Of a stretch of 64,000 nucleotides of DNA, positions 1 through 9,278 are shown piece after piece (within the stretch, counting starts at the first letter, position 1; every line of letters starts with the position of its first letter). The stretch comes from a bacterium. GTDB taxonomy: Bacteria; UBA8248. The stretch is from positions 27,904-91,903 of the forward strand of contig CBDBZY010000005.1 of NCBI GenBank assembly GCA_965213685.1, read 5' to 3'. Below the pieces are notes generated by a model. The model worked only from the letters and a program-made list of their open reading frames with translations. It searched no databases and was not told the DNA's origin. A program made the translations under genes and the position numbers.

Positions 1-2108
1 TCCCAGTACCTGCGGTCGCCGCACCGCTCGACGATCTTCGCGTAGATCGCCCCGGGCGGGACGTCCACCGGCGGGAAGGGCAGGGGCTGCTCGGACTCGT
101 CGCCGCCAAATTCGGAATCGTCGCCGCCGCCAAATATGATGCGATCGCTCCGATTCTCGTTCAGGTCGATCTGGTTGATCTCGGCGTTGAACCGCTCATC
201 GTGCGCGCGCAGGGCGTTGAGCACCTGCCAGACCACCTCGAACTGGGCGTTGCGGTCCAGGGCACGAACCGGGTCCGCACCCGGCGGAATCGCCACCGGC
301 AGGATGATGTAGCCGTATTCCTTGCCCTCCGCCTTGCGCATCGCGCGGCCCACCGCCTGCACGATGTCCACGTGCGACTTGCGCTTCTCCATGAAGAGCA
401 CGGCGTCCAGGGCGGGCACGTCCACCCCCTCGGAGAGGCAGCGCGCGTTCGAGAGGATGCGGCAGGCGCCCTCCCCCTCATCCTCCTCCCGGAGCCAGTC
501 GATCCGGCCCTTGCGCTGGAGGGCGTTGTTCTTCCCGTCCACGTGTTCCGTCTCGCACCGCAGCGCGCCCGCCCGCTCCTCGGCGGGCAGCCGTTCGACC
601 GCCTGTGCGACGACGTCGCTCCAGTGGTCATTCAGCCGCTGTGACCCCTTGATCGTGTTCGTGAACGCGATGGCGCGCCTGAGCGGGCCGACCGGCCCGG
701 CCTTCCCGCCCGCACCGCTTTCGGGGTTCTGGAGTGCGCGCCAGCAGCCGACGATCTTCGTCTGGTCGGTGATGGTGATTTCGCTCCTCCCCGTCTTCCC
801 GAGTCCCTGGAGCGCCTCGCCCGCCCCCTCCTCGGAGAGGGTGAGCACCACGACCTTGAAGTCGGAGAGCAGCTTCTGCTCGACCGCGCGGGAGAAGGGC
901 AGGCGGTGGAACTCCGGCCCGTAGGTATTCTCATCGTCCATCGAGAACACCTCGACGTCGCGGCTTTTCGCCCTGGCCTTCGCACTCTCGGTGTAGAGGC
1001 GGGGGGTGGCCGTCATGTAGAGGCGTTTTTCCGCGCGTATCCGCTCCTCGTCGTGCACCAGCACGAAGGGGGAGGTCTTCTCCTCCCCGGGACGCTCGAC
1101 GCCCGTCGTGCGGTGGGCCTCGTCGCAGAGGATGAGGTCGAACGCCGGCGCCCCTCCCTCTTGGGCCGCCGCCACCAGGGGGAGGGAGTGGTAGGTGCAG
1201 AAGACGGCCGTCAGGGCGTCCTGCGGCGTCTCCCGCAGGCTCGCGGCTATCCTCTCCGGGTCGGTGGTGGGAGGAATCTCCAGCTCCTCCAGCAGGGCGT
1301 CCTCCACCACGTCGCCTTTTTTCGTCGTCTTTTTTCCCGCACTCGCGTCCGAGCAGACGCCGACGTAGCGGTGCGGGAGGCGCCTCTGCTCCGCCCACTC
1401 CCGCATCGACTGGGCGAACAGCGCGATGGACGGCACCAGGTAGAGCACCCGCCCGCCGCGGCCGGCGACCTCCTCGGCGATGCGCAGGGCGGTGAAGGTC
1501 TTGCCCGTGCCGCACGCCATGATGAGCTTGCCGCGGTCGCCCTTCTGAAAGCCCGCCAGCACGCCGTCGAGCGCCTCCCGCTGATGCGGACGCAGGCAGA
1601 ACCGCTCGCCCCGGCGGCGCAAATCCTCCGGCTCGTCGCGCACCAGGTCGGGCCAGTCGAAGCCGTAGGCCGCGAGGTCGCCGAAGCGCAGCACCTGGCA
1701 TTCCGGCTTGAGGCCAAGGATGGCGTCCGTCGCGTTCGGCCCCCAGTCGTCGCCTGTGTCCACCACGATGCGGGCGGTGAACGGGTCGCGGCTGGAGGCT
1801 GCGATGAACGAATCGAGATGCGGCTTCGCGATGCGCGTGCCCGGGGCGTAGCACTTGCACTGCACCGCGCAGTAGCCGTCCCCCGCGCGCTCCTGGGCCA
1901 CGAGGTCGATCCCGGTGTCCTTCCCGCTGAAGCCGTGATGCCGCGCCGCCCAATCGCTCCAGCGCCAGACGTCCGAGAAGCGGTCGGAATAGACAGGATC
2001 TTCCCGGAAATACTCCCTCATCACCCGCTCGAAGGTGCGCCCCTTCTCGACCTCGGTGTCCGAGATGGCGCGTATCTGCTCCAGCATGGTCTGAAAATCG
2101 ACGCCCAA
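1..2108 (-). CDS. Type ISP-like restriction-modification enzyme (Mrr-like nuclease + SF2 helicase), 3' part beyond window edge
   Basis: Not in the ORF track because there is no stop inside the window. Manual translation from TTG at 2108 (RBS GGAGGGGAG): ...EKGRTFE...DTGIDLVA...AVQCKCY (Mrr-like), MACGTGKT (Walker A), ILCDEAHRT, NARCLSEGVDVPALD, VQAVGRAMRK. This is the LlaGI/LlaBIII-type architecture. Confidence 0.85.
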   Translation of the reverse strand, partial: MGVDFQTMLEQIRAISDTEVEKGRTFERVMREYFREDPVYSDRFSDVWRWSDWAARHHGFSGKDTGIDLVAQERAGDGYCAVQCKCYAPGTRIAKPHLDSFIAASSRDPFTARIVVDTGDDWGPNATDAILGLKPECQVLRFGDLAAYGFDWPDLVRDEPEDLRRRGERFCLRPHQREALDGVLAGFQKGDRGKLIMACGTGKTFTALRIAEEVAGRGGRVLYLVPSIALFAQSMREWAEQRRLPHRYVGVCSDASAGKKTTKKGDVVEDALLEELEIPPTTDPERIAASLRETPQDALTAVFCTYHSLPLVAAAQEGGAPAFDLILCDEAHRTTGVERPGEEKTSPFVLVHDEERIRAEKRLYMTATPRLYTESAKARAKSRDVEVFSMDDENTYGPEFHRLPFSRAVEQKLLSDFKVVVLTLSEEGAGEALQGLGKTGRSEITITDQTKIVGCWRALQNPESGAGGKAGPVGPLRRAIAFTNTIKGSQRLNDHWSDVVAQAVERLPAEERAGALRCETEHVDGKNNALQRKGRIDWLREEDEGEGACRILSNARCLSEGVDVPALDAVLFMEKRKSHVDIVQAVGRAMRKAEGKEYGYIILPVAIPPGADPVRALDRNAQFEVVWQVLNALRAHDERFNAEINQIDLNENRSDRIIFGGGDDSEFGGDESEQPLPFPPVDVPPGAIYAKIVERCGDRRYW

Positions 2109-2138
2109 CGTCTCCCCTCCTCCTCCTTGCCGGGATGC
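2105..2138. repeat. Direct repeat copy 1 (CCAACGTCTCCCCTCCTCCT...), overlaps RBS/start of the Type ISP gene
   Basis: First 20 nt are identical to 6747-6766; the match extends imperfectly to about 30 nt. Confidence 0.8.
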
Positions 2139-2553
2139 GGAGCGGGAGCAACCCCCTCCCCCTCCGCCACGGGGCGGCGGCTTGCTCGCTCCCTGCGCAC
2201 AAGATGAAAATGTGCCGCAAAGTTATGGCAAATCAGGAGGCGAATGCAAACGAACGGGGGGAGACGGGCCGCCGGAGGGGCCGCTGAGGGAGGGGGAGGA
2301 ACGAAACCGCCCGCCCGACGCTGCGCCGATGGGACTGAGAGACGTCCTCTAGCGTAGTATTCTGCCGAATCTGCCTCAAGGTATGTCATATTATACGTAT
2401 AACGATGATCTCATTTCGCCGATGAGGCTACCACCGGATGCGCGGACGAACGGTTGCGGATAAAAAAATTACCGTTAGCGATAAAGAAGTAAGATCGGTA
2501 TGTTGGCCTGCCAGACTCCATGTGCCAACTACGCCATCTTAAGAACAGTGCCC

Positions 2554-3852
2554 ATGCGTTCCGATCGTGCGCAACAAAAACGAGATGTAAGGAACGAGTC
2601 CCACCAGCCATCTAATCAAAAAAAGCAACCACCGGACGCACATGCAATCCCCGAGGTTAGTGCCCCCGATTTGAGTTGGCGCCTCTCTGATCATCATGGT
2701 GCCGAAGCTGCAGATGAAATGGTTGCTGACCCTTGGGATGTCCACATTGCGGACAAAAATAATCTACTTGCCGAAACAGGTGAGCCATCATCAAACCATG
2801 ATGTTGCTCCTGTCTCGGCGAAAGTGGGTCTAAAGCTCTTCAACGCATTAAATGAATGGCCACCAGAAGACGATGCGGACGCTGTCTCAACGGAAATACC
2901 ACTCAAACTCTTCAACGCATTAGACGCATGGCCGCAGGAGGACGATGCCGAGGCTATCGACGACAATAGCGAGCAATTCCACCCGGCAAACAACGATAGA
3001 TTGCCGGATGCTTCGACCAATCCCGAGCCGCTTCTCGGAGTGTTCAGCCCGGCAAATGATATTTTCGAGCTGGACCGGTCCAATGAAGGAGTTTTTGATG
3101 AAGCAGTCGACGGAGGATTCGAAGGGTTCGTGGCCGATGAGCACGAAGACCTGGCCGACGACTCCTACATCTCTGAATTCGACGAGAACGCCCAACAACC
3201 ACCCTGGGAAATCGCCCCAAAGGAAGAAGAGCGAAATTTACGTCGTGCTCGCACCAAGGCGGCGAAAGTTGTAAATCTGCTTGATTTCAGAAGCCCTCGC
3301 GAGCGAGAGAGGATCATAGCGTATCTGACGGAATTGTTTCAGCAGATGACACATCCGGCGACCTTCCGAGCAATCGAGAGAGCGTCAGAAGGGATAGGGT
3401 TCGACACTTTGGAAGCGATGGTGGAATTGCGCCGATGGTGGTTGAGATTTGACGAACTACGCACGCCTAGGCGCAGCCTAACATTTAGATGGGATACGGC
3501 GCGCCTCGTGTGTCTCGCCAGAAAGGATTATCCCCCAGAGGCCATGATCGATGACGATTGGCTCGACGAATGGTTGCGATTGCCATATCCGGATCCCAAC
3601 TACTCTAGTTTTTCCTCCTACATTGAATACAAGGTTCTTTACCGTGAAGCCGAACTTCTGGGGCAGGGGCTAAGACATTGGGAGCACGGCAATGATTATG
3701 TAGAAATGGGCGATGACTACAGCTGGTATCGGCGCCTCCCTGGCTATGGTGAGACAATGCGAGATATACGAGGCCATTTCCGCATCATCACGCCCTATGA
3801 TGACTGGACCAGGGACACCACCATCCATTTGTCCCGAGAGGATGAGAAATGA
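2554..3852 (+). CDS. Hypothetical protein, acidic low-complexity N-half and Trp/Tyr-rich C-terminal domain
   Basis: ORF 2500..3852 (start uncertain; first ATG 2554). Lower GC than flanks. Stop overlaps the next ATG (ATGA). Confidence 0.75.
   Translation: MRSDRAQQKRDVRNESHQPSNQKKQPPDAHAIPEVSAPDLSWRLSDHHGAEAADEMVADPWDVHIADKNNLLAETGEPSSNHDVAPVSAKVGLKLFNALNEWPPEDDADAVSTEIPLKLFNALDAWPQEDDAEAIDDNSEQFHPANNDRLPDASTNPEPLLGVFSPANDIFELDRSNEGVFDEAVDGGFEGFVADEHEDLADDSYISEFDENAQQPPWEIAPKEEERNLRRARTKAAKVVNLLDFRSPRERERIIAYLTELFQQMTHPATFRAIERASEGIGFDTLEAMVELRRWWLRFDELRTPRRSLTFRWDTARLVCLARKDYPPEAMIDDDWLDEWLRLPYPDPNYSSFSSYIEYKVLYREAELLGQGLRHWEHGNDYVEMGDDYSWYRRLPGYGETMRDIRGHFRIITPYDDWTRDTTIHLSREDEK
2830..2955 (+). 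repeat. In-frame tandem duplication, 72-nt period
   Basis: Encodes LKLFNALNEWPPEDDADA then LKLFNALDAWPQEDDAEA; copies start at 2830 and 2902. Confidence 0.85.
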
Positions 3853-6683
3853 TGCCCATTGAGGTTCTGCTCCCGATCAAAGGATGCTGGGTGAGGCGTC
3901 GCGGCGGCCTCAAGGGACCGCTGGGACGGGTAGAAGAAGTGAACAGCAACGGAGCAACATCAAATCAGGTAAAGGTAATTTGGGGACAAGGAGAAAGTGA
4001 ATGGCTGAATGTCGATGAACTGGAGGCTGGATTTCAGCCCAAATGGGCTGTGCAAGACGTTCCTCTTTCCGCAACGCGCAAGCCTTTGGGACAAGGGCGC
4101 GTCGTAGGCAAACGTACATTGGGCGGCCGCCACCAAATTCTTGTGCAACTCGACGATACTGGCCGCTCGGTCTGGTTGCCCTACGAAAACCTGCGGCGCA
4201 TTAAAGATGTGCGCATGCGCTATGCTCGCGCGGAGACAGGAGTCGAAAACCATGCCGAAAGGCTCCGCCTTCGCCTGCTTGCCCATGCGCTCGAGAACTG
4301 GAACCACCTCACCGGCTCGCTAGACCGGCTTGACGTCGACCCCCTCCCGCACCAAATCCAGCTTGTGCATCGGATAATAAGTTCCGGCAACTATAATTGG
4401 CTAATCGCCGATGACGTAGGGTTGGGCAAGACCATCGAAGTCGGACTGTTGCTCGCCGCCCTCAAACGCAAGGGACAGGCGCGGCGCGTATTGATCGTTT
4501 CTCCCTCCGGTCTTGTGCGCCAATGGCAGGACGAACTCCTTTACAAATTCGACCAGCAGGCTCGAATCTATGGGCGCGACTTCACCATCAACAAGCCGGA
4601 ACACTGGAAACTATACGACTACGTCATCGTCTCAATCGATCTCGCCAAGCGGGAAAACCACATGCAAGCGTTTCGGGAGGCGGGAGGATGGGACGTCATT
4701 GTGTTTGACGAGGGACACAAGCTCACGCGATATGCCAGCGGAGAGCGCGCGGACCGATATAAGCTGGCGGAAATGCTAAGGCCGATGGCGGACGCATTTC
4801 TCCTCCTCAGCGGCACTCCCCATCAAGGTTATGCGGATAGGTTCATATCGCTCCTTGAACTCGTGCGGCCTGATCTCAGGCCGAGAATACAAACTCTCGA
4901 AGCTAACCCAGAAGTTGTGGGCGACATGATTTTGCGAAATCGAAAGAGCGAGGTCACCGACGCCGACGGGGAGTTCATATTCAAAGGGCAGCAGATACAC
5001 AGGATTGCCATAGAGCCATCCGAACAGACTCGCGCATTCCAGCGTGGCTTGAACAAGTACCTCAGGCACGGCTACCGGGCTGGAGAGCAGACAGGCGCGG
5101 TTGGGCGTGCCATCGGTTTCGTCATGACAACCTACAGAAAACTTTCCTCCTCAAGTATCGCAGCGATCGAACGCGGTCTTAGACTTCGCATGGAGCGCCT
5201 GTCACATAGCGTGAACGCGCAAGACGAAACCGACATCATGGATGATCTGACGTTGGAGGATCTCTCCGAAGGCGGGGACGACCAAGACGACCTTGAATCG
5301 CACTCGACGAAAGCGACGGAATTCTTCGCCCACGAAAAGGAGATGCTAGAAAACTTGCTTGCAGACGCGAAGGCCATCCGAAGCACCGACGAAAAGCTGC
5401 GCATATTTATCGACCAAGTCGTGGCCCCTCTCGTGGACGAAGGGAAAAACCTTCTCGTATTCACTGAATATCGGGCAACGCAATCCTACATTAAGGAAGC
5501 GCTACAAACTCGATTTCCCGATGACGGTGAAGTCGTCTTGATAAACGGTTCGATGACGCTGGATGAGAAGATGAAAGCCATTGAGGCATTTAGCGAATCG
5601 GCGCGATTCATGGTTTCGACAGAAGCCGGCGGCGAGGGGATCAACCTTCATGAGTCATGTCATGTGATGGTGAACTATGACCTGCCGTGGAACCCGGCGA
5701 GATTGGTACAGCGTATTGGAAGACTATACCGATACGGGCAAAATGAAACCGTCGTCGTATTCAACCTTCACGCCCGTGACAGCTTCGACAATAAGGCCAT
5801 TGACTTGATGATGCAGCGCGTCAGTCAGATCGCACAGGACATGAAACCTGTGGGCACAGAGTACAATGACCGACTTTATGCCGAAATTCTTGGCGAAGTG
5901 CTGGACAATCTCGACTTCGCATCCATCCTTCAATCAGCGACCGAGATGCAAATGGGTTATACGTCTAAGCAAATTGATGAAGCGCTGGCCCGCGCAGAAC
6001 AAGCAAAGCGCTTGCAGGATGAGATATTTACACACGTGTCTGGTTACGATCCAAATGCTTTGGGCGGCACCATCGGCTTCACCATGCAGCACGTCGATGT
6101 TTTTATCCGCGGCATGCTGCCCATTGTTGCAATCAAACTTGAAACAACTTTATACGAGGGGGCGGTCAAGGAAATTCGACTGCCCGAAACGCTTCGAGGC
6201 CAATTCCCGGAGTTTGGGCAACGAACCGTGGTGAGGGTTACGACAGATCGCCGCCTTGCACAGCGGCTACACGATGTTGTTTTGCTCGATTTCGAGACAC
6301 CGTTTTTCCGGTATCTGATTGAGCAAGCGAAATCACGGGGTTTCGATGGGATCTACGCATCGGCTCTATCGACCGCTGATATTCAAGGCATCCTTTTGGC
6401 CTTCAAGCTTCGCTGGCAGAATGACCAGGGCGAGACTTTGACAGAGGAATTTGTTCCGTTGTTCGCTGAGGCGAATGGAATGATCACAAAATTCCCGCAA
6501 TTCCTTGCGCAGTGGCTGGTATCGCCGATCCAACCCGCTCCGGCACCCGCCCCCCAAACAGCGGATCGCCTGAAAATGTATGACCGATTAGTGGCGAAGG
6601 CTGAGCAAATCCTTGCCGCCGAAAGTACGCGCTTCAAGCATCCAAACGGACTTGTAGAACTCGCCGCAGCGGATTACAGATAA
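3849..6683 (+). CDS. SNF2-family (RapA/DrmD-like) helicase/ATPase
   Basis: 944 aa; PLPHQI, ADDVGLGKT, FDEGHK, LSGTPH, STEAGGEGINL, NYDLPWNPARLVQRIGR motifs. Confidence 0.9.
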   Translation: MMPIEVLLPIKGCWVRRRGGLKGPLGRVEEVNSNGATSNQVKVIWGQGESEWLNVDELEAGFQPKWAVQDVPLSATRKPLGQGRVVGKRTLGGRHQILVQLDDTGRSVWLPYENLRRIKDVRMRYARAETGVENHAERLRLRLLAHALENWNHLTGSLDRLDVDPLPHQIQLVHRIISSGNYNWLIADDVGLGKTIEVGLLLAALKRKGQARRVLIVSPSGLVRQWQDELLYKFDQQARIYGRDFTINKPEHWKLYDYVIVSIDLAKRENHMQAFREAGGWDVIVFDEGHKLTRYASGERADRYKLAEMLRPMADAFLLLSGTPHQGYADRFISLLELVRPDLRPRIQTLEANPEVVGDMILRNRKSEVTDADGEFIFKGQQIHRIAIEPSEQTRAFQRGLNKYLRHGYRAGEQTGAVGRAIGFVMTTYRKLSSSSIAAIERGLRLRMERLSHSVNAQDETDIMDDLTLEDLSEGGDDQDDLESHSTKATEFFAHEKEMLENLLADAKAIRSTDEKLRIFIDQVVAPLVDEGKNLLVFTEYRATQSYIKEALQTRFPDDGEVVLINGSMTLDEKMKAIEAFSESARFMVSTEAGGEGINLHESCHVMVNYDLPWNPARLVQRIGRLYRYGQNETVVVFNLHARDSFDNKAIDLMMQRVSQIAQDMKPVGTEYNDRLYAEILGEVLDNLDFASILQSATEMQMGYTSKQIDEALARAEQAKRLQDEIFTHVSGYDPNALGGTIGFTMQHVDVFIRGMLPIVAIKLETTLYEGAVKEIRLPETLRGQFPEFGQRTVVRVTTDRRLAQRLHDVVLLDFETPFFRYLIEQAKSRGFDGIYASALSTADIQGILLAFKLRWQNDQGETLTEEFVPLFAEANGMITKFPQFLAQWLVSPIQPAPAPAPQTADRLKMYDRLVAKAEQILAAESTRFKHPNGLVELAAADYR

Positions 6684-6746
6684 CTCTCGTTCATTTTCGC
6701 AACAATACGGCTCGCAGCTGGGGCATACTCTCTTCACGCCTCCTCA

Positions 6747-6777
6747 CCAACGTCTCCCCTCCTCCTTACCGTCATGC
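6747..6777. repeat. Direct repeat copy 2
   Basis: CCAACGTCTCCCCTCCTCCTTACCGTCATGC; matches 2105-2138 with a 3-nt indel and a few substitutions. Confidence 0.8.
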
Positions 6778-6786
6778 CCGGCGGGG

Positions 6787-7437
6787 CTAGGGGCGCTTCC
6801 TGGTGCTTTTGGGGGCCGCTTTTTTCTGCGCGGTCTTCTTCGCGGCGGCTTTTTTCCGGGTGGTGCCCGCCTTCTTCGGGGCCGCCTTCTTCCTGGGCGC
6901 GGCCTTTTTCTTGCGGGCCTCTGCGCGCTCCTCCTCCTCCGTAGGCGGAAAAACGGGCTTCCGGCGACCGGTGACCAGGCGAAAGGCATAGCCCACCTGG
7001 GTTTCGCGCCATTCATTCTCCCCGAGATCCTGCAACACCAGCTCGACCGGGGAGCCCGGAACCAGCATGTCCCGGAAACCCTCCCACCCGATCAGGTGGG
7101 AATTTATCTTGATCCCCTCAGCAAGGAGGATGACCGCGGAGACGCGCTCTTCATCCCCCCGCACGGAGGCGCGCGTGACCGTGGCGGAGAGGAGCTTGCC
7201 CTTCCCGCTCAGGAGCACCTCGCTCGTGCTGCGCGGGCAAACAGGGTTGTCGCAAGTGGTCTTCGAACCCGTCTTGGGGAAGAAATACTCCTCGCATTCC
7301 TGGCACACGGACCCGATGAGCCTGGGCTTGTGACGCGCGTTTCGGGGAATCGTAAAAACATCGCGCAGAAACGGGACGGCAACCTTGTTCTTGCCGGGAA
7401 CAAAAATGGAGGGCTTGTTGTTCTGAGGCGCATGCAT
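6787..7437 (-). CDS. Zn-ribbon/OB-fold (DUF35-like) protein with a Lys/Ala-rich histone-H1-like tail
   Basis: CQEC...FFP...CDNPVCP, then LSGKGKLLSATV and GSPVELV; C-terminus KKKAAPRKKAAPKKAG.... Start uncertain. Confidence 0.75.
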   Translation of the reverse strand: MHAPQNNKPSIFVPGKNKVAVPFLRDVFTIPRNARHKPRLIGSVCQECEEYFFPKTGSKTTCDNPVCPRSTSEVLLSGKGKLLSATVTRASVRGDEERVSAVILLAEGIKINSHLIGWEGFRDMLVPGSPVELVLQDLGENEWRETQVGYAFRLVTGRRKPVFPPTEEEERAEARKKKAAPRKKAAPKKAGTTRKKAAAKKTAQKKAAPKSTRKRP

Positions 7438-7750
7438 GGGTTGACCTGCCTTTGCGATTCCAGGACGCTCAAACAAGGTAAGCCGAACATAAACAACCAC
7501 TTATAAAAAATTATGCCCCTGGCGCGGCTCCGGTGTGCGAACATTATCAGGGGCGCGCGCGGGTGTCAAGATGAGCGCGGAGCGGAAGAATCCGGGCACA
7601 CGCGCGCGCGGGCGCCATCCGCTCTCCTCTCTTCCGGGGGAAGACCCGCAGCCCTGTGCGCGGGGGAAATCCGCAACCCGCCCCTCCGACTTGACCATCC
7701 GAAACCCGCAATCTTATATTCATCCCCTGTACGTATATGGGGGATGCGGC

Positions 7751-9199
7751 ATGACTTCTCCAGGCGCTCCGGATTCTCGCCCCGGGCTGTTGCGGCGATT
7801 GCCCTCCGTGGACGAGATTGTCACCCGCCTCAGGAACGAGGGGGCGAACGGCTCGTCAGACGCCGCATTGTCCGACGCAGCCAGAGAGGCGATCGGGGGG
7901 AAGAGGCGGTTCCTGATGGAGCGCATCCACCGGGAAGAGTCCCCGAGAGGCGCGGAAAACGCCTCGCCGTCCGAGCGGGCGCTTCGGGATATGGTCCTCC
8001 GCGACGCGAAGCGGATTCTCTCCTCCCGCAAACGAAACGGGTTGAAAAAAGTCATCAACGCGACGGGAATCGTCCTACACACCAACCTGGGCCGGGCGCC
8101 GTTGAGCGACGCCGCGGCCGCGGCGCTGCAGGACGTCGCGCAAGGGTATTCCAACCTGGAGTTCGACCTCCGTCTCGGGCGCAGGGGAAAGAGGGGGGCC
8201 GACGTCGAATCCCTCCTCCGCCAGCTGACGGGCGCGGAATCCGCATTGGTCGTCAACAACAACGCCGCGGCCGTGATGTTCGCCATTCACGCCATGGCCC
8301 ATTCCGCCGAGGTGATCGTCTCGCGGGGGGAGTTGATAGAAATCGGCGGCTCTTTTCGCATCCCCGACATCATGCGGCAGAGCGGCGCGACGCTGGTGGA
8401 AACCGGGACGACGAACAAAACGAGAATATCCGATTACCGGGACGCCATCACCGAACGCACCGCCCTGCTGCTCAAGGCGCATACGAGCAATTACAGGATC
8501 GTCGGCTTCACCGAAGAGGTGTCTCGCGACGCGCTCTCCAGGCTCGGGGCGGAAAAGAACGTCCCCACCCTGGAAGACCTGGGAAGCGGCTCCCTCCTTC
8601 ATGTGGACGGCCTCCCGCAGGAGCCCACCGTGCGGGAATCCATACGGGCCGGAATCGACGTCGTCACCTTCTCCGGAGACAAGCTGCTGGGCGGCCCGCA
8701 GGCCGGCGTCGTCGTCGGCAAGAGCGCATGGATAGAGAAGATGAAACGACACCCGCTCATGCGCATCCTGCGGCCGGACAAGCTCACGCTCGCCGCCCTG
8801 GAGGCGACGCTGCGGACGCATCTGGACCCGGACGCCGCCCGCGCAGCCATCCCGACCATCCGGATGTTGTCCGCCAGCCAGGAGGAATTGCGGGCGCGGG
8901 CGGAATCCCTGAGGGGCCTCATGGGAGAGCGGGCCTGTTCCGCCCTGGGCGCGAGCGTCGAAAAAACTTCCGGCATGGTGGGCGGCGGCGCCATGCCTTT
9001 GGCGAAGCTGGACAGCTGCGCCGTTACCCTCTCCCCTCAAAATTCCTCCGCGGATTCACTGGAGACCAAACTGCGCCACGCCGCCCCGCCCGTTGTGGCG
9101 CGGGTTCACGGAGACAAGGTGATACTCGACCTGCGATGCGTCACAGGGGAGGAAATCCGGCAGCTCGCCGCCCTTCTCCGAGAACTCGCAACAAGGTAG
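7751..9199 (+). CDS. selA: L-seryl-tRNA(Sec) selenium transferase
   Basis: VINATGIVLHTNLGRAPL, YSNLEFDL, VNNNAAA, SRGELIEIGGSFRIPDIM, FSGDKLLGGPQAG. Confidence 0.97.
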   Translation: MTSPGAPDSRPGLLRRLPSVDEIVTRLRNEGANGSSDAALSDAAREAIGGKRRFLMERIHREESPRGAENASPSERALRDMVLRDAKRILSSRKRNGLKKVINATGIVLHTNLGRAPLSDAAAAALQDVAQGYSNLEFDLRLGRRGKRGADVESLLRQLTGAESALVVNNNAAAVMFAIHAMAHSAEVIVSRGELIEIGGSFRIPDIMRQSGATLVETGTTNKTRISDYRDAITERTALLLKAHTSNYRIVGFTEEVSRDALSRLGAEKNVPTLEDLGSGSLLHVDGLPQEPTVRESIRAGIDVVTFSGDKLLGGPQAGVVVGKSAWIEKMKRHPLMRILRPDKLTLAALEATLRTHLDPDAARAAIPTIRMLSASQEELRARAESLRGLMGERACSALGASVEKTSGMVGGGAMPLAKLDSCAVTLSPQNSSADSLETKLRHAAPPVVARVHGDKVILDLRCVTGEEIRQLAALLRELATR

Positions 9200-9278
9200 A
9201 TTTTCACCATCCTCGCACAGAGAAAACGGAATCCTCCAGCCCGAACATAGACCGAACATAGAGAGGTCAACTTATCCG

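Noticed and set aside
161-2220. ORF-track entries 906..2207(+), 931..2220(-) and others
   Set aside because: Shadow frames of the real minus-strand Type ISP gene, which has no stop inside the window.
2206-2233. TTATGGCAAAT resembling a XerD arm of a dif site
   Set aside because: No XerC arm (…ATAA) at 6-nt spacing.
2391-2402. Perfect palindrome TTATACGTATAA upstream of the island genes
   Set aside because: Could be an operator, but it is a single 12-mer in AT-rich DNA with no regulator nearby; not supportable.
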